Assembly (NCBI GenBank): GCA_040954595.2
Contig: CM082593.2
Span: 9,929,200-9,993,199 of the forward strand
DNA from: Balanoglossus misakiensis
Taxonomy: Eukaryota > Animalia > Hemichordata
DNA length: 64,000 nucleotides
Direction of reading: 5' to 3'
The stretch's first letter is position 1. The number at the start of each line of letters is the position of its first letter. Shown piece after piece: positions 50,662 through 64,000 of the stretch. Position numbers and translations under genes: made by a program. The notes beneath the pieces are model-generated. The model ran no database searches. It was given only the letters and a program-made list of their open reading frames with translations, and had not been told where the DNA came from.

Positions 50662-51427
50662 TAGTACTCTGCTGGCTGATGACAGGAGATTTTTTGATAT
50701 TCTGAATAAATAAATTTATACAGGAAACTGACTATAATGAACAGGAGACTGTTCATGCCTTTATTACCATTGTAACTTCTATATACTAAATGAAACACAG
50801 ATGCCCAAAGAAATGTCAAAAATTTCTCAAGGTATGCGGGAATTTTCAAATATTCCAGACAGTCGAGTGTTGGGGATTTGGAATATTTATCACTCTCATT
50901 TACTGTATACAGACATATCCATTCCAAAGCTATCACCTCCACTCATTCTTCAGTGTTCCTTGATTTAAAAAAAAATAATTTCGAAACAGATCAAATAACA
51001 CGAAATTGTTATTCCAGTGTAGTAACAGAATATACTCGGTCTGTACTAATTCTTGCATTAGCTTTACATTATTTCCATCACAATGCCCTATTTCAATATA
51101 ACCATATTTGTATGCCGGGCGGATGTAACTAGTTGTCAGTGTCTATTGTAATACAAAGTCTGCCATACACAAAGCAACTGTGCATTGTCTTCTGGTGTGA
51201 AAAAAAGATACTTAGGATGTATGTAAAATGGGAAATTTTCATGAGAGATAAATTCGCCCGAATCATGCAAGTGCTAAAAAAACACGAAAACTAAAAAGTC
51301 GTGTAAACATGTTTTTCAGAAATAATGATGAATTGAAATTCGAGAATGCCATAATTAATCGTTGCATAACAGTTGCCACATTTGATATTATGAAAATTTC
51401 CCGTTGCGAAAATTTCATGTTTTACAG

Positions 51428-51800
51428 TATATAGCCATATTTTTTCCACTTCCAAAACTAACATCAAGAGTCATGCATGCCACTGGCCCAATAAAGCCTG
51501 ATAGCTCTTGCTGGGAATTGTGATGTAACTAGCATCCCCCTTAAAGTCACTGACATTAACTGAACAATGGCGATTGTGTGTAAGGTTATAGTAAAGGCAA
51601 GGCTAATTTAAATTTAAAATGGTACCAATCCTTAATCACACATATGTATCCTTTGACCAATCATTGGAAAAACAAAGTCCGTGATTGACTTCAAAGGGAT
51701 GCTAATTACATCACGATTCCCTGCAAGGGATATTATGCTTTATTTGGCCAGTGGCATGCATAGTTTTTTGAAAGCAAAGCAGATAAAATACAGCTATATA
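51428..51800. mobile_element. Fold-back (palindromic) MITE
   Basis: atgcatgccactggcc-aataaagc…ttgc-gggaat-gtgatgtaa-tagcatccc…aagtca is mirrored by tgactt…gggatgctaattacatcacgattccctgcaa…gctttatttggccagtggcatgcat. Confidence 0.7.
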
Positions 51801-53838
51801 CTAGACTAATACCTTATTAACTCCTGATCATTGGAGAATGTATCTCTAAAGTTACTCTCTATCGCTCCCTCAGGGAAGAGAGCAGTAGACAGATCTTTGA
51901 GTGTCAGAAATTCCAGTTGTATACCAATCATTTGTATTACCCAATCACAGACTTTGTGTTATTGGTCATTTATCTATCCAATTGAAACTCGTGTGTTCAT
52001 TGGAGCATTACACCAAAGAAGTCACACTATAACAGTGACAATACAACACTTGCAAAAACATGGATTGCTCAGGTCAGCCTATCTGGTTCCAGATTATCTG
52101 TGACCCAACTAATGCAGCTATAATGAATGTGTTTGGTTATATACAGAGATTTGTAGATTGTATAAGACGTGTTAATATCACACTCTAGCATGGGGCAATG
52201 TATATTTATCTTGTGAAAGCCACAAAGTCACTAGCTCTTGATGTTCATTTTCTATTTTTGTTGTTGAATAATTTATTATGAAATTAGATTGAAGCTGAAC
52301 TCACGACATATGTGTGGACATAACACGTTTATACGTCCATGTCATAATTTTTGTTAAAGCCAAACAATTAAATATCACCATTATAACAAAATTAACAACA
52401 ATGTAACCCCGGGGCTGTCACTTATTTGAATGGATACCGATCCAGAGTTAATGTTTCATTGGAAAGTCTAACAGTGTTTTGAAATGTCACATTGTAATTT
52501 GAAAGTTTGGGCTTGGGCAGTGACAATGACATTGTTTGTGTACACAATTTGAAATGGAGCTCTATGAAAAGAGAAAAGTGGTGTGTGGAAAAGAATGAAG
52601 TCTTTGGGCTTATATCAGGTGCCTTCATTTGACTCTCAAGGAGAGTTTTGTAAAACAATTAACTTGTTGTGTGTCAGCATTATTGGGAAAGATTAAGCAC
52701 ACACATGTATACAGGTTAGATTATAATGGAAAATCACCATCAGCCTTTTTTCTTAGCACTCTCACCTTTCACCCCCAGTTCCCTGTGTAGACATCCAACT
52801 TTTCCAACAGAAACAATGGATTTGGACAGAACCATTAGTTCATTTGAATACCGGTATGTATGTAATATGTGTATTTATAACATACATAATGCTAACACTG
52901 TGTCATGATTCACCAGAATCCGTCACGTGATAAGAAAATAGAATCGACTATGAATCCCTCTAGGGAAATAGCAGAAAATATATAAACTGGTCACGTGACC
53001 AACAGGATATAAAAGAATCCCATGCATATACTTTGTCAGTTCACCTCTGTAGCCAGACTGGCCATACATATGAACTGATGATGTCCCTGTTATAGGCATA
53101 TGTCTTGTGAAACATATAAACCACTTTGGTGTGTTTTGTGTTTGGTGAACAGCGTGACAAGCATGTTAGAATCAAACTATTACATGCATGTTAAGAAATA
53201 TAGTCTGTTATATGGAAGTGACCATAGTTGCCATATTATTAAAATCACATTTTTAATATCAATATTCACATGTCATTGCTTTCTACGTTTCTTGAATTTC
53301 CTATCATTTTATGTTAACAAAAACAAGAGCCTTCTGTGACAACTTTCGAAAATATTTCATGTAATCAGCCATTCATTTTATGTGTGTGTGAATAATGACC
53401 CCATGAGGCTGTAGAATCATGTATAGTGCTGAAGGGGACGCCATTCCTCCATAGCTTTCATATTGCATAAGATGCTAAGTTGGTATTTTCCACATATTGC
53501 TTTTTTGTACTGAGAGTTCTGTATGTTACGCAGTCCTTAAGAAGAGCTTTTGACAAACATTTCATTGTACTTTCAAGACTGCTACAGTATTTAGATAGTA
53601 TATGCAGTATTAGGAAGAAATATCTTTAATATTTTTATTCTAACAATTTTCCCATCATGCTAAACAAGTAGACAGAAATGTCATGTTAGGATTTTTGCAT
53701 ACATAAAATAAATATTCTGACAAAATAAGTGCTTTTGTCTGTCTCTTTGATTTCAGGTGAGGATCAGTATTTGTTGTTGCTTTTTCCAGCGTAGATTCCA
53801 ATCAGAAGACAATTGTGATGAACAGTATGTTCTGTTTG

Positions 53839-54710
53839 ATTGGGACCTTATGAGATTGGTTGCATCTGTATGGATGTATGGGTGTATGTCCGTCCACATC
53901 AAAAACTTGAAAACCGCTGCGCGTACAACCTCGATATTTGTTGTGTAGATGCATACCGGGCTGTAGATGGGAGTTTGTTCAAACAAAGTTGTCATTGCCC
54001 AAAATATGTAAATTATCAGGGAAAAACCTAAATTTGGTCAAAACTCAGAAAATCAACAACCACTGGTCATAATGATTCTGTATGTTTTGAGCTAATACTG
54101 TGAATTTTCCATTTTTTATGCATATTTTGTCTTTTTCCACATATTTGGTAATAAAACCTACTTTCTGGAATTAATCAGCCCACCGCTTTGAAATTTAGTA
54201 TGGAGCTTCATATAGGTGATCTGAGATACTAAAGTTTTGTTTAAATTGCTGCAAAATTTGCATAATTATAATTTTGGAGCAATTTTTACATTTTTGATCA
54301 TTTTTTTCCTGTAAAACCGCTCGTAAGATCGCTTTGGAAATTTGCATGCATGTTCAAATCAACTTGAAGAATTCAATAGTATAATTTTGTGGTGATTTTA
54401 ACCATTTTTGTTCAAAATTCATTCTCAGAACCCTCTACTCCATTGCTTTCAAATTTGATTTAAAGGTTCCTTCCTGAGTTGTCATGATAATTTACAAAAC
54501 CAATGATGAAAGTGTCAATCTTTTATGTGGGCAATATCTTGTATTTTGGGGGCATATTTTCCAATTTTGAAAAATTATATTTCCCAGAAAGTGTAAGGCT
54601 GATTACTTTAAAATTTAAGTTAATAGGATTGGCTTATTTAGAATTATAATGGAATCAAATTATAGGTAATTCAAAACTTTTATATTTTGTAGGATATTTT
54701 GTTTTATCAT
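53839..54710 (+). mobile_element. Diverged family-A HINE, 5' and internal part
   Basis: tgggaccttatgagattggttgcatctgtatggatgtatg…ccacatcaaaaacttgaaaaccgctgcgcgta matches 14740-14860. Confidence 0.7.
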
Positions 54711-55319
54711 ACATGCAACGCCCGTATTTGGCACTTTCTATTGTTCTCGCCCCGAAGATATTTTACGGTATTACACTGAGTGCAATATATCTTCACTCCG
54801 CGTCTCGAACTATTTTTGAGAACGCTCGGCACGACAGTTCGCTGCGCGTGCGAGCGACGTACGGGGCATAGGACGCTAGTGGAGAGCAGTGTTGTAAAAT
54901 TCGGTTATTAGAAGCTATAATAATGTTTTCAAAGTTGGCTGTTTTGCCATGTTGAATGTATCATTTTTACTTCTTCGAAATTCTCAATGCAAAATAATTG
55001 TTAACATGATAGTTTGAAAGAGAACGTAGACAATTTTATTTTGAATGCGGATGTGCCCATCGTAGTGAAAGCTGCCAACCCCCTTAAAATGATACTACGG
55101 CCCACACGTCATACGTCACAACATGGCTACTGCCGTGATCCCAGGGCGCCCGTTCAAATTTGAAATTGTTTTTCTCGGCGCATGTCGTGATGTCCGTAAT
55201 TTGACGAGTTGCAAAGCAACGAGTCAAAATACGGACCCCTAAATATACAACAAAACATTTTATCTCCGCGACCAGCTGTTCAATTTGGTGCATGGACAGT
55301 GTTGGACTCTTGATCTGTC

Positions 55320-55545
55320 TATGTTTAGAAAATTTGATCAAATTCATGATGACTTGGATTGAATTGAATCAATGTTTATTCGCTCTAGGAACACTTTATT
55401 GACTACAAACTTTTGTTTTGTTGTTTGTTGGATGGGTAAAATTTAAGACCTCTCGGCCAACGCGGAGCAAAGTTTAATTAGTTTGAAGTTGTAAAAATCG
55501 ACGAAACAGAGCGAAAAAACGGCAATTTGCGCTGTCGGCACATTT
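55320..55545. mobile_element. Diverged fragment of the Kolobok-like family
   Basis: aaaatttgatcaaattca…acactttat-gacta…ttggatgggt…tcggcc-acgc-gagc…gaaaaaacggc matches 31925-32150. Confidence 0.55.
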
Positions 55546-58500
55546 CTTCTGCCTCGATTTATCGACACCAGGACCTCCCCCCCCCCAAAAAAAAATATAT
55601 CAATTATGGATCATCAAATAACTAGACTGCATCGTCCATGAAATCAAACTCGACGACAAAAAAACTTCGCCGATTCCGAGGTAAACGCATCCCGACAGGA
55701 TAAGAACTCCGCTATGTGACATCATCTGATTTCTCTGTAAACATTGGTTGGTCGTTACTTCGGGAACGGCACTTAATCTTCTCGGTTGGGCCTTTAATTT
55801 CCATGACCCCGGTCGATTCGGCCAAGACGCAAACCGATTCTTCACTTTGCAGTTCAGTAAAGTTGGCGAACGGGATAGTCTGTTAATGGTGAATGCAGGC
55901 CTGTACGCAGTGCTAGCGAACGGGACAAATTGACATAATAAAAGCGAGTGTTGTCAGATTAGTGGGACTGTCATATCATGAACACAATACGGGAGGCGTG
56001 ATAAGGGCATTATAAAGAGCGAGCGTGAAACTGACATGGAAACGATCGACAGTACGGTACAGCACAGTGGCTGTGGGTAGAGCGAGCATGTTGCTGTGCC
56101 GAACACATTTACCATGTTTGTTAAATACAAAACACACCGACTTGACCTGCGGCCGCAGCTGCAGCTTCCTAACGCGCCCTAATCCAAGCAGTTTACGATC
56201 TCGTGGATCGTGGTTGGACTGACAAAATGACCCAGAAAGAGAACCACATTAGGAAGTATTATAGGTCTGTTTCCTCAAAGTCCAATAAGTGCAAAACTTA
56301 ACGCACATCAAAATGTTGCCCAGACAACGGTAGTTAGCAGTTTGCTTGCTCGGTTTGAAATGCGCGGCTGTGGTAGAAAATTACCCCCTGTTCTTTGGGA
56401 CGTGAGCCACCCCCCTGAGACAATGGTGCACTCACACTCGAGAACATAGGTTTGCTATTTGCATATACAAATGGAATATTCCTTCGAATGCGAGCATGTT
56501 CCAGTGCGTTCTAAAATAATAAAATATGCAGCTATAGCATGTATGCATATTCATTAGTGTGTCGTAATGCTAACTTTGGTCTGTGATTGGGTAACAAGTC
56601 CCACTCTCCATAACAACAGGTGATCATTGACCCGTTTCCGGTGTGCGACGTCGGGTTTCAATCACTTTCCTTCTTACTGCCGCGGGATCAAGACGTCTTT
56701 TCGGTAGGCTCATAATCCAGTCATTGCTTTTAGTACCATAGCCTATATAGCTACGTTACCGTCGCTCGATTGTTTTGTCTGGTATTAGGTGATTTGCAGC
56801 TATCCGTTCAACACCTTGTAGTTGAACAGAAGTAGGTCTTATTCCAGAAAAAAATCCGAGCTACGGGCGTGCAGCTAGCCATGCCTCTCGGCCATTCTGT
56901 GTATGGCTTCGCTGCTGACCCTGAGGTCATAATCGAGAAAGTCTAGTCATATTCATAGGGCTATACTCTGTGAGAATTTTATTGCTAGGCCTCTTGCCTA
57001 AGCGCACGTAGAGCCAGTGTTTGCATTTTTTTTAATTTTACGGTTTAAACGTGGTTGGTGTATTTTCGCTTTTCTGTTTGTTTTTTCGTAACATTTTACT
57101 GTTTACATGTTGTTGGCGTATTTTCGTTTTTCTGGTGTGATTTCCACCTCACTGTTGGCATACTTAAACAATTATCCTAATTTTTATTGGGCAAACCGAT
57201 AAAACCAGAACCACCACAAGTAAAGAAAATTGTAATCTGTTTGGTGATAACCCTTTTAGCTTTGAGAGATAACCGATTTGATGTTTTAGTAAAACCAAAT
57301 TTTTGACCAGGGTGACAAGCATTTTTTTCTCCAAGAGTCGTGTTGCTTTGAAGCATACATTTGGATATATGGTCCCATTTGATGAAAACCTGGTTGATGA
57401 AAAATGTGCATATTTATGATTTTGTAGAATTTTTTTGTCTTTTTTGGTCAAAAATTGTTTTATCTAAAACTGCTTGTCAGATTGCTTTCAAATTTTGCAG
57501 GGTTGTTCCTTGGGAATAATTAAGTGAGATGTTTTAGAAAAATACTTGAAATTTGCATATTTGCGTTTTGTGTGTGATAGTTTTGGAATTTTTCATTAAA
57601 AATTATTTTCTTTCAAACTGATTGTCAGATTGCCTTGAGCTTTGGTAGGCATGTTCCCTGAAGCGATTGACGTAAGATATTGTACAATTTTGGTGAAAAT
57701 ACTGATTTTTCTGAAACTGCATATGGGATTGCTTTGAAATTTGATAGGATTATTGCAATGGGTAACCCAAGTTTTGTCTGATTGTGTTGATTTCCCTATA
57801 CTGAGACTCGCCAAGTACACTATATGTTTATATTACTAGAGAGTTCAGAATCCAATATGGCCGCCATACTAACTGGGACATACTGTGTAATCAGATTATT
57901 TTCTAAACTTGTCATATTTTAATTTCTCGACCTCACAAATAAAAATGAAATGCCAAAAACTGAGTAACTTTCGTTTCTTCCCGCTTGGTGTCCATTAAAG
58001 TCTTTTTCCTCCCACTGGGAAAGTGGCTAGAGTCAATATGTGCATAATGGCAGCATTATATGGCACTGAATAAATGGCAGGGGTGTTTACATCTCCTAAT
58101 TTGTTTTCACTTAAACCATTATAAATATCTAACAGTATATGATCATATTGTGTATGCAACTCGGAGATGTGTTTCACTTCAGGGTTGGAAGTTTGTTTAG
58201 TCAAGTCTGGGAAGTGACATGTCTTCAAAGTGACTGATGTTATCTGCTTAGAGCTGAATGCCCATGGGTGTTCTTTCCTAGGAATACATTTTCTTTGCAT
58301 TTCATAGACCTGTGTATAATTATAATTTCAGTTATATATTCTAATTTGCGTTTAGGTAGAGTATGCATGGAATTAAAATAATTATTCTGTAATTACCCAA
58401 CAAAAATGTTTGTCTTACAATTGTCTAGCAAGTGGATATTTTGATTGTTAATTTGCACAGGCAACATTATGGAAGTAGCATAAAGAGTATTCAATAATAT

Positions 58501-59656
58501 AGCAGACCTTCTAGCCAGAAAGAAGAGCTTAGAAGATTTATCAGCTCATAATATTCCTTTAACCAATGAACTTTATATGAACTTGCACACCTGCCTTCAA
58601 GATACAGGGATTAATGTTCAGGAAACCTTACCAGCTCTAGTACATTTATTTCAGCCAGAAATTGAATTACCAGATAAAAAAAATCAGTAATTTTACAAAG
58701 ATACAGTCAGAAAATAAATGAAGAAAGCCAGCAAGGAAAGCAGAAAAGTGGAATACATGAAGGACACAGTTAGCTTAAACTACATGTGTATGCAGTAAAA
58801 ACTGTATGGTGCAAGGACGTTCATTTTTATGATTTATAGCCAGCCAGTCTTTCCATGCATATCATACCAAAATTAATATGAAAATCGTGTAAATGTTAAT
58901 AGACTACAAGGAAAGTACAAATACATGTAGAAATTACACTATCCAACTTTCTCCACTTTTGATATCTGCTCAACACAGGCAAGCAAAAGGGCCGATCTGA
59001 GAGTTTGACTTGAATGATGGCAATTTTTGCTGTCCAGAAGTAACTGTATAAAATATTTTTTGGTAGTAGTATTATTGCTCAAAATACACAAGAATTTAAA
59101 TATCTCCGCTCGCTACAGTGATTGAACTGATTTTCAGCAAATTGCAGTGTATAAATAAACATTGCCATCTAATGAAATATCAATCAAATATGGCCGCCCA
59201 TTTGCAATGGTAAAATGCTAGGTTTTTCCTTTTTTGAGCGCCTGGGAATTTAAATTATAATCCAGATATCAAACACTTAAATCACTATCTGTATCTGCAC
59301 ATATATTGTAATATATTCGTTACATTTCGTTATATTTCGTTACAATTAGATCAACTATGATTGAGACACGGAACATCAAACATTGCAAAATTTCATATTT
59401 CCCATGGTGCCATGCAAAAAATAGAGAGATTTTCTTTACAAGTTTAGATGATCTCCTGTAAAACTGAAAGAAGTATTCTTCTGTGAATCGTGCATAATCT
59501 TTTGAAAAATGTTGAAGATACTTGAGAATATCAGTATTTTTTGATGCTTTTGTACCTTGAAAACTGGTGAACCGATTTTGATAATTTTCTTTATTATAAC
59601 CTACAAAGACCTATAAACATTTTTTATCAGTAAAATAAACAGCCTTATATAATTTT

Positions 59657-60349
59657 ACTGGTCCAGCTGTTACAGAGACCACTGGCTATTTTATTATAAA
59701 CTGGTGGTAGGTCAGTGAATGCCTCTGTCTGATTGGACTAATTAGCTTGTCATACTCGCATGTATTTTTACAGACAGTTTTTGGACAACAATCAGCTGTG
59801 GTCCAGCTGTTACAGAGACCTCCGGCTATTTATTATAAAGTGGTGGTAGGTCAGTAAATGCCTCTGTCTGATTGGACTAATTAGCTTGTCATACTCGCAT
59901 GTATTTTACAGACAGTTTTTGGACAAAAATCAGTTGTGGTCCAGCTGTTACAGAGACCACCGGCTATTTTATTATAAACTGGTGGTAGGTCAGTGAATGC
60001 CTCTGTCTGATAGGACTAATTAGCTTGTCATACTCGCATGTATTTTACAGACAATTTTTGGACAAAAATCAGTTGTGGTCCAGCTGTTACAGAGACCACC
60101 GACTATTTTATTATAAACTGGTGGTAGGTCAGTGAATGCCCTTGTCTGATAGGACTAATTAGCTTGTCATACTCGCATGAATTTTACAGACAGTTTTTGG
60201 ACAAAAATCAGCTGTGGTCCAGCTGTTACAGAGACCACCGGTTATTTTATTATAAACTGGTGGTAGGTCAGTGAATGCCTCTGTCTGATTGGACTAATTA
60301 GCTTGTCATACTCGCATGTATTTTACAGACAGTTTTTGGACAAAAATCT
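59657..60349. repeat. 139-bp tandem repeat, 5 copies
   Basis: gtccagctgttacagagacc at ~59661, 59801, 59939, 60078 and 60217. Confidence 0.95.
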
Positions 60350-60566
60350 GTTTTTTTTAGTGCTGCTTGTAGGATTGCAGTGACACATAACACTTGATTG
60401 GGCATAGTGAATTTTTTTATGTTTCCATAGTATTTGAATATTTTTGCCATATATGCTTGCCAATGTCGCCCGTGATTTTAATTCTGGCGAATACCTAAAA
60501 TCTGTGTAATCCCCAAATGGCACAACAGTATCCTATACGCTATGTTTTAAGAAGTTAATTATACAT

Positions 60567-62296
60567 AGATATGCATCTTGTTAAAATGCACAACAGTCAC
60601 GATTTTGTTCACACGAGTTTGATTGCTGCCAGGACATAACCCAAATATTTTGATAATTTTGGCAATGACCTTTGAACTACTATCCCATGCCTTGGCATGT
60701 ACAGCAGATACAGCCTTCAAATTTGGAGGACTGGAACACCTAATGAAGTACATGTATTAACTTTAACACAATAATTATGTACATAAGCTATTTAAAGTTA
60801 CCCAATAGATCTTAGAAGTCTGGTTTTTGCTGGACACTGATCAGTTTGATATCAAAATTTGTTGGCCCAACTTTGCGTGAACTCTGGCTTACTTACCATA
60901 TCTCAGCACCCATAACAAATACAGCATTTGCTTTCTGTTGGAACCATGCTAACCACTTTGGCTCCTCCAATGCTGCTTATAGTTGGGTCTTCTTCATGGC
61001 GGCCATATTTGATTTTTGGATAACCTTTAAAAGTTGACATTTTTTTTCAAAAATTACAAGGCCAATCAAGTTCTAATTTACTGTCCATTCCAATTTTTTT
61101 CAATAATATTGTTAGTGGTCATGCGAATTTGGATTCATTATGGATTTTTGAAAAATCTCATGAAAAATTTCCAAAGTCTTTTTTTAATCAAGCTTTCAAG
61201 TGAATTGTGATTGCTTTAACCTTATTCGAGCCAAATTGTATTTTCTGAACACCGATGAAAAACAAAGATTTCCTATTTCTAGCCTACTCATTGATAGCAC
61301 ACAAATTAATTTTATTGATACGAGTCACCATATGACTAGAATACGTTAAATTTTTGGCAACTTTCACATGTTCTTTGATCCAGTTGTTTTTCAGAATTTG
61401 ATTAAACAATTTATTGGCCACTCTCACATGTCCTTTGATCCAGTAATTCTAGAACTTAATTTTATGTGGATATGCCTCTTGTTAAAAAGTACAACAGTCA
61501 TGATTTTGTTCACATGAGAACTATTGCTGCCAGGACATAACCAAACTATTTTTATAATTCTGGCAATGATCTACTTTCCCATAACTTGCCATGCACAGCA
61601 GATACAGCTTTCAAATTTAGGGGACTGGAACATCTAATGAAGTATTAATCTTTAACACAATACTTATGTACTTATCCTATTTAAAGTTAACCAATAGAGC
61701 TTAGAACTTTGGTTCTTGTTGAACACTGATCAGTTTGATATCAGATTTTGTTGGCACAATTTTTCGTGACCTCTGGCTTACTTACCATTTCTAGCCATCC
61801 AAAACAGATACAGAGCTTGCTTTCTGTTGGAACCATGCTAACTGCTTTGGCACCTGTAATGCTGCATGTTCCTTTAAATGTCTTCTTCATGGTGGCTATA
61901 TTGAATTTTCTGATAACCTCTAAAAGTTGACATTTTTTTCAAAACTACAGGGCCAATCAAGTTCTAATTTACTGTCCCTTCCAATTTTTTTCAATAATAT
62001 TGTTAGTGGTCATGCGAATTTGGATTCATTATGGATTTTTGAAAAATGTCATGAAAAATTTCCAAAGTCTTTTTTTAATCAAGCTTTCAAGTGTATTGTG
62101 ATTGCTTTTACCTTATTCGAGCCAAATTGGATTTTCTGAACTCTGATTAAAACGAAGATTTCCTATTTCTAGCCTACTCATTGAAAGCACGCAAATTCAT
62201 TTTATTGATATGAGTCACCATATGAATAGAATACTTTACATTTTTTGGCAAATTTCACATGTCCTTTGATTCAGATTTGTTAGAACTGAATTGTAC
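60567..62296. repeat. ~900-bp tandem duplication, 2 diverged copies
   Basis: 60567-61465 aligns to 61467-62296, e.g. ggccaatcaagttctaatttactgtcc at ~61040 and ~61951. Confidence 0.9.
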
Positions 62297-64000
62297 TTGG
62301 ATATGTCTCTTGTTAAAAAGCACAACAGTCATGATTGTGTTCACTTGAGTTTTGTCGCTGCCAGGACATAACCGAAATATTTTGATAATTTTGGCAATGA
62401 CCCTTGATCTACTTGGATATGTCTCATGTTAAAAAGCACAACAGTCTTGATTTTGTTCACATGAGTTTTATCGCTGCCAGGACATAACCCAAATATTTTG
62501 ATAATTTTGGCAATGACCCTTGATCTACTTGGATATGTCTCTTGTTAAAAAGCACAACAGTCTTGATTTTGTTCACATGAGTTTTATCGCTGCCAGGACA
62601 TAACAAAAACATTTTGATAATTTTGGCAATGACTCTTGATCTACTTGGATATGTCTCTTTTTAAAAAGCACAACAGTCTTGATTTTGTTCACATGAGTTT
62701 TATCACTGCCAGGACATAACCCAAATATATTGATAATTTTGGCAATGACCCTTGATCTACTTGGATATGTCTCTTGTTAAAAAGCACAACAGTCATGATT
62801 TTGTTTACGTGACTACTATTGCTGCCAGGACTTAACCCAAATATTTTGATAATTTTGGCAATGACCCTTGATCTACTTGGATATTTCTCTTGATAAAAAG
62901 CACAACAGTCATGATTGTGTTCACATGAGTTTTATTGCTGCCAGGACATAACCCAAATATTTTGATAATTTTGGTAATGACCCTTGATCTTCTTGGATAT
63001 GTCTCTTGTTAAAAAGCACATCAGTCATGATTTTGTTAACATGAATTTTATTGCTGCCAAGACATATACCAAATATTTTGATAATTTTGGCAATGACTCT
63101 TGATCTACTTGGATATGTCTCTTGTTAAAAAGCACAACAGTCATTATTTTGTTCACATGAGTTTTATTGCTGACATGACATAACCCAAATATTTTTATAA
63201 TTTTGGCAATGACCCTTGAACTACTTGGATATGTCTCTTGTTAAAAAGCACAACAGACATTATTTTGTTTACGTGACTACTATTGCTGCCAGGACATAAC
63301 CCAAATATTTTGATAATTTTGGCAATGGCCCTTGATCTACTTGGATATGTCTCTTGTTAAAAAAGCACAACAGTCATGATTGTGTTCACACAAGTTTTAT
63401 TGCTGCCAGGACATAACCCAAATATTTTTTATAATTTTGGCCATGACCCTTGATCTACTTGGATATGTCTCTTGTTAAAAAGCACAACAGTCATGATTTT
63501 GTTTACGTGACTACTATTGCTGCCAGGACTTAACCCAAATATTTTGATAATCTTGGCAATGACCCTTGATCTACTTGGATATGTCTCTTGATAAAAAGCA
63601 CAACAGTCATGATTGTGTTCACACGAGTTTTATTGCTGCCAGGACATAACCCAAATATTTTGATAATTTTGGCCATGACCCTTGATCTACTTGGATATGT
63701 CTCTTGTTAAAAAGCACAACAGTCATGATTTTGTTTACGTGACTACTATTGCTGCCAGGACTTAACCCAAATATTTTGATAATTTTGGCAATGACCCTTG
63801 ATCTTCTTGGATATGTCTCTTGTTAAAGAGCACAACAGTCATGATTGTGTTCACACGTGTTTTATTGCTGTCAGGACATAACCCAAATATTTTGATAATT
63901 TTGGCAATGACCCTTGATCTACTTGGATATGTCTCTTGTTAAAAAGCACATCAGTCATGATTTTGTTAACATGAGTTTTATTGCTGCCAGGACATAACAC
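62297..64000. repeat. 116-bp satellite array running off the window end
   Basis: ggatatgtctc at 62299, 62415, 62531, 62647, 62763 and onwards; about 14.7 copies in the window. Confidence 0.97.

Noticed and set aside
52790-53825. Possible further exons (52791-52853, 53757-53824) with AG/GT boundaries
   Set aside because: No recognisable protein similarity; cannot be assigned to MED25 or the EGF gene.
55600-56222. Short ORFs in a CpG-rich segment
   Set aside because: No motifs recognised; likely the interior of a decayed DNA transposon.

Overview
Repeat-rich, intron-containing animal (probably marine invertebrate) genomic DNA; no prokaryotic features, RNA genes or CRISPR arrays seen. Left to right: (1) 200-3132, an intact, probably two-exon gene for a divergent RAG1/Transib-type DDE transposase. 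A convergent orphan ORF follows at 5566-~6178, then a candidate element terminus near 6388 nested in a Helentron-like (HINE) hairpin. (2) 6404-22530, an ~88-bp AT-rich satellite interrupted by a truncated Rex1/Babar-like LINE and three non-autonomous Helentron-like elements, followed by a ~530-560-bp tandem repeat. (3) A decayed ALOG-domain tyrosine recombinase and TTAA-flanked Kolobok-like elements. (4) 34-50.7 kb, a MED25 pseudogene whose exons are interleaved with EGF exons of another gene and with a decayed Academ-type transposon carrying an OTU-like protease domain inside its transposase. (5) 139-bp, ~900-bp and 116-bp tandem repeats at the right end. All protein-family calls are from motifs recognised by eye; no database search was run.
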